Below, in pieces: positions 10,035 through 19,200 of a stretch of DNA of 64,000 bases. Under the pieces are notes generated by a model, which worked only from the letters and a program-made list of their open reading frames with translations, ran no database searches and had not been told where the DNA came from. The stretch's first letter is position 1. Each line of letters begins with the position of its first letter. The translations under genes were made by a program, and so were the position numbers. Source of the DNA: a virus (lineage: Duplodnaviria; Caudoviricetes); the IMG/VR virus record IMGVR_UViG_3300050142_000050, positions 64,001 through 128,000 of that record. One strand, written 5' to 3'.

Positions 10035-10405
10035 TTCGCGTCGGTAGTGAGCCGTTCTTGGAGTGTTCCTCAAAAGGTGAGAAGCGTCTGTCGTCTCTAT
10101 ATGCGAAGATAAGACGACGCAATAATCGAACCATCGAGGAACTCTATCAGAGGATGAAGATGATCCCAGATGGATCTGGTAATCTCCAACACAATCTCTC
10201 CTTCAGGGAGGCTAAAGGTAAAGTACCTGCCAATCTGGATCAGTGTAGGTCTTTCTTCAGCTTACTTTGGGATGAGTACATGGATGAGAATCCTGATCTC
10301 ATCGAGCTGTGTAAACAGTATAACGGATTCTCCGATATATTCGGTCAGCCCGGAAGCTGTTGTCAGGCAGTCGAAATCCATCGCATAGTTTCACAATACA
10401 GGTGA
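10031..10405 (+). CDS. NADAR-like protein (putative ADP-ribosyl hydrolase fold)
   Basis: ECSSKGEKRLSSLYA...TIEELYQRMK resembles the NADAR E-x2-YQ-x2-K motif. Fold is inferred. Confidence 0.45.
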   Translation: MIRVGSEPFLECSSKGEKRLSSLYAKIRRRNNRTIEELYQRMKMIPDGSGNLQHNLSFREAKGKVPANLDQCRSFFSLLWDEYMDENPDLIELCKQYNGFSDIFGQPGSCCQAVEIHRIVSQYR

Positions 10406-10426
10406 GGGGCACATGCCCCTCACCTG
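10399..10426 (+). terminator. Terminator hairpin
   Basis: CAGGTGAGGGGC-ACAT-GCCCCTCACCTG, then CCTTTATTTTTT. Confidence 0.85.
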
Positions 10427-10504
10427 GTATCCTTTATTTTTTACATCTGAAACTAAGTACAAACCCTGATCGTATGGTTATAATCGAATTTATTGGAGTC
10501 ACGT

Positions 10505-10888
10505 ATGACAGACACTCCGTTTCCATTCAGTCAGGTGCATGTAGCAGCTATCTCGACCCCTCTTGCGACCAGTAGTTCCGGCAATGCGAGTTCCGCAACC
10601 ACTACTGGGGCATTCGCCCCTGAAGTAGGTAGGCCGATCTACCTCACAATATCGGCTCCCACTGGATCTCCCTATACGGGGACCGTCGCTATTCTGCGCA
10701 GCCGTGACGGTGGTACCACGAAGGAGAACATCACTCTGGGTGGTGATGTGTGGGGTAATTTCTCACTGACCGGTCGTAGCGGTACGATCTTCAATGAGAT
10801 TATCGACACTCCTGAGTCGTCATCTTTTACCTACTACATCCAACACCAGAGTTCTAGTGGTACCGCTACTATCACTCTGTACCAATAA
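10505..10888 (+). CDS. Small beta-rich virion/tail-associated protein
   Basis: GGAG RBS; GRPIYLTIS...GTVAILRSRDGGTT motif, recalled from alphaproteobacterial phage-type proteins. Confidence 0.55.
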   Translation: MTDTPFPFSQVHVAAISTPLATSSSGNASSATTTGAFAPEVGRPIYLTISAPTGSPYTGTVAILRSRDGGTTKENITLGGDVWGNFSLTGRSGTIFNEIIDTPESSSFTYYIQHQSSSGTATITLYQ

Positions 10889-10900
10889 GGAGGTTGTCGG

Positions 10901-13585
10901 ATGAGCAATATGACAATACCTTTCGTCAGACAGCGAATGTTCACTGTCTCCAAATTCTCTGACATTTCCAAGAAGGCTATCGCTGAAGAGGCGAGTGCTA
11001 TCTTGGTGACAGGTCATTCCGATATCGGAGTGGGTATGGCCTACTACGTATCGGATAGCAAGTGCACTAACGCATTGTTGGCTGCACACCCGCTGTTCGT
11101 GACACGTACCACCAATGGGAGGATCTTCCGTCTGGTGGGTGATCAGAGTGGGGTCTATCCTGAGCAAGCCGGTGTCATTAAGGATGATACCACGAAAGCT
11201 GTATCCAACGTCACTACCATGAAGGCACTCGTCGCCTATATGAGCGCGGTGGGTATCAAGGTACTGCGTGTTTCGGAAGGTACCATCCATCTGGATAACA
11301 CCACTCTGAGTGGTGGCATCGCACCGGCAGGAGATATCGACATCGTCGGTAATTCTCAAGCTGCTACTTTCAAGAACACCAATCCTGCGTCTGACGCGAA
11401 TGTCATCTTCTCGATCGTGGGTAATACCCGTATCCGGAATGTGACGATCCAAGGACGTGTGGTCGGTCAGAACAAGACCGGTGGCGGTCTGGAGAACTGT
11501 GTCATCATCGGAGGTCTCTCCAATGAGGTGCAGTATGAAAAGGTCGATATCGATCTGGCTGCACTCTTTACTTCCCCGACATTTGTCGATGAGACAAATG
11601 TTACCGCGCCTAATGACTACACGTGGTCTAAGACCGGCAGTGTGGTGAGTATGCAGCTCGACACTAACACGTCCATCCAGGGTCAGGTGCAGTATGGCCG
11701 CTATGCTAAGTCGGCTATGTTCGATGTCGATCCGACCAAGCGGTATGTGTTCTATTTCAACAAGGGCTTCTATACTGGAGCTGGTGCAGCAGTACCGATG
11801 ATCGAATGCTTCGATGCATCCGGTAACCCTCAGTCCATTTACATGGAAAAGATGCCATATACCACATCCACGGTGGATAACGTATATCAACCCAACGCCA
11901 CCGGTCAGGGTGTAGCTGACAATATGCCGGGTAACTGGCAGACTGCTCTCATCTATGGTGTATCGAAGATCCGCCTTACTCTGGGTGGATATCGAACCTA
12001 TGACACCCCAGCTGGTCTCACTGCGACATTCGATCTTTCAGCCATCACTATTCTGAAGCTGACGAATGACTTTGCGTCATGGTCGTTCTCGGATCTTCCT
12101 ACGGGTAAAAACCAGACGTTCTTCTACAACTGCGTGAACACATCGGTCCGCGACTGTACGTTCAAATATGTTGCTGGGTACACTGCTGGATTCGCATCAT
12201 GTACCGGCTGTGACTATACGGGTAACCGTGTGGTGACTTCCACCGGTGGTGTATCAGTTGACGACTCCAGGCAATGTGTGGTGGATGGTAACTACTTTGA
12301 CTTGAGGTTCAAGGATACCTTGGGTACTATCTACAGCACTCGGGCATATCGATGGAAAGCCATCAACGGTGCTCGGGTTAAGGATTGCACCTATAGGAAC
12401 AATAAGGCACTCGGTGCTTCTTGGGCCTATGAGATTCTACCCTACAGCACTACCAGTCGAAATGTGTTCGTCGCGAATGAAGCCATCTACGCGATGTGTG
12501 CTGCATCTCTCGGTACTGGTGACTGGGTGGTCAAGTCTCTGACTGGGTCAATCGTGGGCGATGGATGTATCGGTCTCGAACTCCCTGGAGGTACCGCGGA
12601 CACAACAGGTCCTCTGCCTGGCTACGAATATGCATACGTGGACTCGTGTACGATCATCTGGGACGACTTCACTGGATATCATGGTGTGGGCATCTCGTGC
12701 GCACAGGCTTATCGTCAGCGTATCCGAGACTGCTACATCGAAGCTCCTCTGATGATCCTGGCCAATGGTAATACCGACGGCGACGGTCTCGTGACGATCA
12801 GTGCAGTCAGTGGTCGATATGCGATGGGTGCTCTTCAGGTTCGTCAGAACACTGAAGTACATGCCTCGTTCGATCGGATTGTCGCATACAAACCGTCATG
12901 TACGCAGCCCCTCATAGCCGATGCTTCTATATTCTCGATCGGCTCTGGTAAGTATACCTATCGCCATTCCATTTCTGCAAACTATGTCGATGTGGGTATC
13001 GGTAAGTATGTTTTGGCATATGGCGGATATAAGGAGATCACCGTCTCCCTGAAGGAAGTGGTCAACACCGGACAATATCGGTATAACCAACCTTTCCGAT
13101 TCGACATGAATACTTCATGGGCCCAGACTGTCCGTCTTATCGACAACAACATCACCAACTCTCCGTCTGCCGGCACTCGAGCTTTCCAAATCGGCGGGAC
13201 GCCCAATGCTAGTTCGATCTTCTATATGAAGAACAATCGGTTGAAAGAGACCGAGATGGGGTGTCCTGGCGGTACTTACCCTCGCAATATTCTGCGTGGT
13301 GACTATCGCATGCGCGCTTATCTGACGAACATCGTACTAGGTACTATCAATCCATATAGTTCAATCGAAGTACCAGGTTTCACGCTCGATGGATTGACCT
13401 ATGGCTTCCAGCCCGTGACGTGGCAGTTTGCGAGCTACCTTCATAATGGGTTGGTGGATCTCAAGTTGGATGCGTATCCGACAGCTGAGGGGGTATTCAC
13501 ACTGGTGGTGCGCAACCTGAAGAACTCGGCCGTCACGCCGAGTACTCAGTCGATTGTGTGTCAGGCCTTCAACGTCGGTCTGTGA
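10901..13585 (+). CDS. Tailspike/depolymerase-like protein (parallel beta-helix)
   Basis: 894 aa; AGGAGG RBS; N/G/T-rich beta-helix-like repeats (NTSVRDCTF, CTGCDYTGNRV, CVVDGNYF, CTYRNNKA). Confidence 0.65.
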   Translation: MSNMTIPFVRQRMFTVSKFSDISKKAIAEEASAILVTGHSDIGVGMAYYVSDSKCTNALLAAHPLFVTRTTNGRIFRLVGDQSGVYPEQAGVIKDDTTKAVSNVTTMKALVAYMSAVGIKVLRVSEGTIHLDNTTLSGGIAPAGDIDIVGNSQAATFKNTNPASDANVIFSIVGNTRIRNVTIQGRVVGQNKTGGGLENCVIIGGLSNEVQYEKVDIDLAALFTSPTFVDETNVTAPNDYTWSKTGSVVSMQLDTNTSIQGQVQYGRYAKSAMFDVDPTKRYVFYFNKGFYTGAGAAVPMIECFDASGNPQSIYMEKMPYTTSTVDNVYQPNATGQGVADNMPGNWQTALIYGVSKIRLTLGGYRTYDTPAGLTATFDLSAITILKLTNDFASWSFSDLPTGKNQTFFYNCVNTSVRDCTFKYVAGYTAGFASCTGCDYTGNRVVTSTGGVSVDDSRQCVVDGNYFDLRFKDTLGTIYSTRAYRWKAINGARVKDCTYRNNKALGASWAYEILPYSTTSRNVFVANEAIYAMCAASLGTGDWVVKSLTGSIVGDGCIGLELPGGTADTTGPLPGYEYAYVDSCTIIWDDFTGYHGVGISCAQAYRQRIRDCYIEAPLMILANGNTDGDGLVTISAVSGRYAMGALQVRQNTEVHASFDRIVAYKPSCTQPLIADASIFSIGSGKYTYRHSISANYVDVGIGKYVLAYGGYKEITVSLKEVVNTGQYRYNQPFRFDMNTSWAQTVRLIDNNITNSPSAGTRAFQIGGTPNASSIFYMKNNRLKETEMGCPGGTYPRNILRGDYRMRAYLTNIVLGTINPYSSIEVPGFTLDGLTYGFQPVTWQFASYLHNGLVDLKLDAYPTAEGVFTLVVRNLKNSAVTPSTQSIVCQAFNVGL

Positions 13586-13594
13586 GGACTACTT

Positions 13595-13831
13595 ATGACT
13601 GTTTTCAAAAGCCGTATCAATAATGAAGAATTCGATGATTGTCTACTGGCGGTCAGTGGGATCACTATTCTCGAAGTGGCTATCGGCCATTTCGGTCATG
13701 ATGATTTCTACGTAATCGGACCGTCACCGATTGTCACGAATGATGTCAACAACCCTGTGGTGGGTGAGATTCCTCAGAGTGAGGAATTCCCCAACGCTAT
13801 CGTCACCAACATCGTGGCTCAACCGGAGTAA
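13595..13831 (+). CDS. Small hypothetical protein (possible spike chaperone)
   Basis: GAGG RBS; directly downstream of the spike gene. Confidence 0.65.
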   Translation: MTVFKSRINNEEFDDCLLAVSGITILEVAIGHFGHDDFYVIGPSPIVTNDVNNPVVGEIPQSEEFPNAIVTNIVAQPE

Positions 13832-13837
13832 TCTGTG

Positions 13838-14041
13838 ATGACCAAGTTCACGTGTAACAACACTGGTGAGGTCTTCGATACCGAAGAAGATCCTGCGGAC
13901 ATCAATACAGAAGTCGCTAAAGCCAAAGAACACTTTGGTCACAGTAACTTCTTTATGAGTGGTCTGACTGACGACACGCCTGTGTCGTACAAGAAGCCTG
14001 ATCTCAATATCTCCTTACCTGAGGAGCCAGCCCCTGAGTGA
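13838..14041 (+). CDS. Small acidic hypothetical protein
   Basis: GGAG RBS; same operon. Confidence 0.6.
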   Translation: MTKFTCNNTGEVFDTEEDPADINTEVAKAKEHFGHSNFFMSGLTDDTPVSYKKPDLNISLPEEPAPE

Positions 14042-14092
14042 TCCATGGAATCTTATGGCCCTTTGTAAGGAGGGTACGTGAGGAGAAACACC

Positions 14093-14389
14093 ATGGACTT
14101 CAAGGCTGTAGCCCGTGCCTGGTTTGCTCGTCAGATTCGTCAGAAGTCGACATGGTTCGGCATTGTGTTTGTAGTCATTTCGGTCATCTTCCCGATTATC
14201 CGTGATGTACTGCTTCCTCACTTTCTGGCGAAGAATGAATCACTGAGTCCCTTGACCGTACAGGTTATCCAGTACGCGTCGATGGGGCTGGGTGCTCTCT
14301 TGGGGGTATTCAACGAAGAGGCGATCAAAAAGATCTCCTCTGATGTCGGAGCCGATCCTCCTACTGACGATACCGCAGCGCAACCATAA
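14093..14389 (+). CDS. Two-TM membrane protein (holin-like)
   Basis: GAGGAG RBS; two hydrophobic helices, basic N-terminus and acidic tail. Confidence 0.45.
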   Translation: MDFKAVARAWFARQIRQKSTWFGIVFVVISVIFPIIRDVLLPHFLAKNESLSPLTVQVIQYASMGLGALLGVFNEEAIKKISSDVGADPPTDDTAAQP

Positions 14390-14392
14390 ATG

Positions 14393-14424
14393 GTAGGGGA
14401 TGGGGCTTATGCCCCATCCCCTAC
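14393..14424. terminator. Terminator hairpin between convergent genes
   Basis: GTAGGGGATGGGGC-TTAT-GCCCCATCCCCTAC. Confidence 0.85.
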
Positions 14425-14435
14425 TATCCTTATTT

Positions 14436-14738
14436 TTAGATGATCTTCGGAATGATGATAGCGAGTATACTACTCACTACCATGGGTAGTACCCAGTCTA
14501 ACCATGGGTCTAGTTTTTTCCAGACTCTGATGTCGAATGGTGCCCACCAGGGCATGTTTGCGCGCTTACCTTGCCCGAGCATACTGATCCATCGATATTC
14601 TGCTTGGGTCCATTCTCTGGACGTGAACCACATGGAAGCGATAATCGCTCCTGATGTGTAGTCCTTCAGAATGTAGCCGAAGATGAGTTGGATGATTATA
14701 GTCAGGTAGATGTGAGACCAGGTGATAGATTTGAACAT
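14436..14738 (-). CDS. Phage membrane protein of unknown function
   Basis: REWTQAEYRWI...GKRANMPWW motif plus TM segments. Confidence 0.7.
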   Translation of the reverse strand: MFKSITWSHIYLTIIIQLIFGYILKDYTSGAIIASMWFTSREWTQAEYRWISMLGQGKRANMPWWAPFDIRVWKKLDPWLDWVLPMVVSSILAIIIPKII

Positions 14739-14739
14739 A

Positions 14740-15201
14740 TCACTGACCTCCTGATGTGTTTGCGATGGATGTATCTCGAAACTCCTCGGCGATCTGAAGA
14801 TACCGAGGAGTGATGTCGAGATCCAGATTTTCGTAGAACTCGAGATCTTTGGTATTTTTCTCAGTCCACATCGGCACTAGACCTGTCGTGAACTTCAGAC
14901 TAGCCCAAAGGAGCTCTCTGGTCGGTAGATAGAATTCGAAGTGCCGAAACCGGGTCTTGCCGGGACTTACACTGTGGAGGAACTCCAAAGTATCGTCTGA
15001 CATGACGTGAGTGTCGAACTTGAAACCAAAACCTCTGAAGGTTCTGAAGTTCGAAGACTCCTTGGTTTTGATACATTGATCCTCGAAGAATTCAATGTCC
15101 GAGGTGGCTATGATGACATCGATGTCTTTTATAGCCGAAGGATCTCTCCAGGATGGAAGAGATTCGATCCGGAGAGATCCCGTCGATCCGATGACAATCA
15201 T
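14740..15201 (-). CDS. Hypothetical protein, nucleotidyltransferase-like N-terminus
   Basis: IVIGS...DIDVI (GS...DxD) motif. Confidence 0.45.
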   Translation of the reverse strand: MIVIGSTGSLRIESLPSWRDPSAIKDIDVIIATSDIEFFEDQCIKTKESSNFRTFRGFGFKFDTHVMSDDTLEFLHSVSPGKTRFRHFEFYLPTRELLWASLKFTTGLVPMWTEKNTKDLEFYENLDLDITPRYLQIAEEFRDTSIANTSGGQ

Positions 15202-15920
15202 GGTGCCCTCGCCACAATGATGGGTGTATCTGTAGATTGGAAGAAACCAATTGCCGGATCCCAGAATGTACCCCCGTTACTCCTACCGTACGACGCCACA
15301 CCATTGTCGGTGCAATAGTAGCCGGTAAAAGATTCGTAGTATATAAATGAGAATTCGGGTATACCGTCCGAGTCTGCGTCGTTCTCGAACTCCTGAGTAT
15401 ATCCGGTTATGAAGCCGTTTGCTAGGAACATGTACCGACTGGTGGGTAGGTCCTGAACAAGTGGACTAACCGGAGTGTATACCCTGGATACAACGAGGGG
15501 TTGAAAATTGAAGTTTGCCAGAAGATTACCCGAGGCATCACGTGTTTCGAACACGATGTCGGACGGTAGGCCCAGACTACTCTTCGCTTTGTCGTAGATG
15601 TAATAATCCACTACAAGATTTGGAGGAACATCTGAGCCTACCACCATGGCCACATTGAATGTCCATGTGCTACCGCTTTGTGCTCTACTGATCATAGCCA
15701 CGGACGCTTTACCGAGATTGTTACCTGGGTAGAAGCTGAGGAAAAGCATTGGTGCGGAAGCCAGATCTTCGTCCTGATACACGATAGATCGGATTCGAGA
15801 ATCGTAGCTTCCTATACCGTTGAAGACGATCTGACCTTTTTTGACCAAATGGACGTTGGAGCCGAGTTGATCGACAACTACTACACCATTTGTATTTCTG
15901 AATTCGACCACGGTTTCCAT
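15198..15920 (-). CDS. Tail fibre-associated protein
   Basis: Beta-rich; internal duplication (VEFRNTNG / VFETRDASG); downstream of the fibre gene. Confidence 0.55.
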   Translation of the reverse strand: METVVEFRNTNGVVVVDQLGSNVHLVKKGQIVFNGIGSYDSRIRSIVYQDEDLASAPMLFLSFYPGNNLGKASVAMISRAQSGSTWTFNVAMVVGSDVPPNLVVDYYIYDKAKSSLGLPSDIVFETRDASGNLLANFNFQPLVVSRVYTPVSPLVQDLPTSRYMFLANGFITGYTQEFENDADSDGIPEFSFIYYESFTGYYCTDNGVASYGRSNGGTFWDPAIGFFQSTDTPIIVARAP

Positions 15921-15921
15921 A

Positions 15922-16257
15922 TCAGCAATATCCGTAGACTATGTTGGCACTACCACCGTTGACCCACGGTTGTAGGAGTTGGTAGGTGAGTCTCGCAGTG
16001 GTACTATTGACCCGCGATACCCAGGCATTGACTCCTACACCATTGGTCCCAAATGGGAGTGCCCATGGTGAAGCATTTGCGTGACAGGGGAAGTCCCGAT
16101 ACCAGGTATATTCACCAGCTGGGGTGTCACTCGTAGAATAGACTGATGGATGTACGTTTATTGAGAAGTTACCGAGAATTCTCCCCAGGGCGTCGTTATT
16201 ACCACACCAGAGAGTACCATCCGGTCCTCTTATCTCAAAGACCACTTCCATCGTCAT
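15922..16257 (-). CDS. Tail fibre-associated small protein
   Basis: Starts 1 nt after the fibre stop; resembles small genes that follow J-like host-specificity genes. Confidence 0.55.
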   Translation of the reverse strand: MTMEVVFEIRGPDGTLWCGNNDALGRILGNFSINVHPSVYSTSDTPAGEYTWYRDFPCHANASPWALPFGTNGVGVNAWVSRVNSTTARLTYQLLQPWVNGGSANIVYGYC

Positions 16258-16258
16258 A

Positions 16259-19200
16259 TCACGTACTCCTCAGACCGAAGGTTAAACGAGCAATGTTGTT
16301 ATTGTCGATGATTTTGGTCAAACCATTCTTGTACTCGTACCTAGGTCCACTCGCCGGTGATGCGATCTCGAATACATCCGCCAAAACCTTGAACGAACTT
16401 ACCGTACCAGTATTGGTGGATTCGGTACCACTGATGTATCCGTTGTTACTGAGCACTACGGCACTACGGGCCAATGCAGATGCCACACCTCCTTGAATAG
16501 AGACGATAGCTTCGTTGATCGTAGAGACTGAAGCGTTCAGTTCGGTGACATCGGTGATCTCGAAGAAGTTGAGACGACATTCCATCCCTGTAGTACCCCA
16601 GTCGCCATTAAGACAGACCCAGGGGGTGATAGCGATGGCGTTTGCCCCGATAGTGACTTGGAAGTCGACATTGAGGTAGCTGGCAGCACCAGCAGCCGCA
16701 TTCGAACTGCCTATCCAATCGAAGGTCCCATTCCGATAGGTGACTTTGAAACCGATCAGAGATGGTCTGGTCGAGAATTGGGCAGAGAGCGCCCCTCGGA
16801 CTCGAAGAGTACGTGCAGCCCAGTTACGGTACAGAGGTCGATCCAGGAAGTCTCTACGGCCTCCAGGACCGCCTGAGAGCTGGAGTACCCTCGTACCGTA
16901 CGGAGGGATAGTCTGTCCGAAGTCGCTAGGGGTCAGAATCTGAACACCTGATCCCATTCCGGAATCGATGTTGTTGATCCACTCTCCCATGACACCGGCT
17001 TGGAAATCACCCTGTGATACGAAGTTGGTACCATCATTGTTGGTGAGAGAAGACTTCACTGTACTGATGAGACTACTCAGAGCATTGTCTGCATTCACAC
17101 GAGCCTGTGACTCGGTGGTTACAGATGCGCTCAACTTCCTGACCAGACTACTGGCATTACCAGGAGTGTAAGGATTGAGTGTAGTTTGACCTTCACGTCC
17201 ACGACCCAGGTAGGGTTGATAGATGCGGAGCATCGATGATGAACTACCAGGTAGCGTGTCGTACTTACGAATTTCGAAGTAAACGGCCACAGTACCAGCA
17301 GGTGCCTGCTTAGAGGTTATCCCAGCCTGCACGAACTGATTAGCGCCCGATCCACTCGTTCCAAAGTTAGTACGACCACTTCCATAGGGAGTCCATGCAT
17401 TGTCACTACCCCTGATGAATATCAGGAGGACTTCCGCTTGACAGTTGTCAGTGATGAATTGAGCATGGGCTTGCCACCATTCACCTTCCTTAGCAGGAAG
17501 CATCTGGGAGAACCACAGATATGGATCGCCATTACCCACCCGGTTACTCTGCGAGAGCTGGATGTAGTTTGCAGAGGTGGTGGCGCCACTAGCCGCCGCT
17601 ACCTGACCCTTAGTAGTTGTAAACGGCATGGTGAGATTCGCCGGAGAACCGTAATACCAGCCATCGATAGTTTCGAGGTCGAAATTGGTATCCGACAAAT
17701 AGTTACCAGACGCAGTAGGAACTGCCAACACAGAAGCGTTGGTACTGTCGATCCTCTGTCCGAGTGCCCCAACGGCGGTTGAGCGAGCAGTCGACTCAGA
17801 ATTCAGGTCAGCAAATGACTTCTGGATAGCGACACCGGCACTACCATTTGAGAATGGAGTCCATTCGGTCAGGGTCGAGCGCACACGTCCGCAGAACGGA
17901 CGAATGAACCAAGCCCAGCTGTCACCTTCGCCGCTATTGGTCCCCTTCTTACGCATTTCAAACTTGACGTAAGCTGTACCGGCAGGTGCGAGCTTAGGGG
18001 TCTTGAATCCGATCTGCGAGTAGCCGGTGAACTGCACACCACCGGTACCGACAGTGGTATCACCCAGTGTCCAGGAGTTACTCCCGATGACGTTGTAATT
18101 GGCATCGAGGAAGACGAGCCACATGTCGACCTTACAGCGATGGGCTGCTGCCCAGACGTAAGCCTGCCAGTATTCGCCAGCAGATGCAGCTACGATCTGG
18201 TAAGCATATCGGTAGCCATTAGGTCCATTCGTACCTGCGTTCTTCTGCCAGATAGTGAGCGAGCGCTCCCCTGCCGGGTAGAAGTTAGCACCACTCAGAG
18301 TGGGGCCTTGGTCATAGGTACCATTCGGTTCATTGACTGTACCGATACCCCAACCCGCGTAGGTACTACCGTCGGCGTAATCGGTGTTGACAAGTGCATT
18401 GGCGGACACCAGAGCAGTCGTCTCGAAAGATGACTTCAGATCCGTGATGCGGGTGGAGAGAGCACCATCTTCTTGACTGCGAGTATAGGCTTCATCTGAG
18501 ATAGACGCATTAGCAGCCTCGATGAGTCCACGGTTACCGCCATGTACGAACGGATTGAATTCCGTCTGTGTGGCTGTGGAGAGACCCAGATAAGGCTTCC
18601 AGAACCAGGCAAACGAGTCGCTATACCCGGCTTCGGTACCGTACTTACGGACCTCGAACTTGACATAGGCGGTACCCGCAGGTGCAAGTTTAGGGGTGAC
18701 CCCCATTTGCTTGTAATTACTGGCCAGCTTCCCAGTGGCATCGTATCCGTACTCAACCGCGCTCTGGAAGAAGTTCGTACCGATCTGGACACTATTGACA
18801 TCGAGATAGTACAGACAGACTGATACCTTACAGCGATGTGAAGCACAGAAGGCGTATGCCTGCCAATACTCACCCGGCTTTGCTGGATAGACCTGATTGA
18901 TCCACACATATTTCGAGGTGTCGTTGTTGTTGTTCCACTGCGATGCGACGATGACCTTCTCATTACCAGGCCAGTATTGTGAGTCGGTGGTATTGACACC
19001 CACGTTGTAGGAGATCAGACCTGATGGATCATAGGTAGACCATCCCCAGGAGGTCATCTTGTTACCGGAAAGCTCCGTATTGAGCAGAGCGTTGCCGCCT
19101 GCCAGAGCACTGGCTTCAAATGAAGACTTCAGGGTAGTAATGCGACCGGACAGCGCGACGTCTTCTTGGTTACGAGTATAGGACTCGTCAGAAACCAGGG

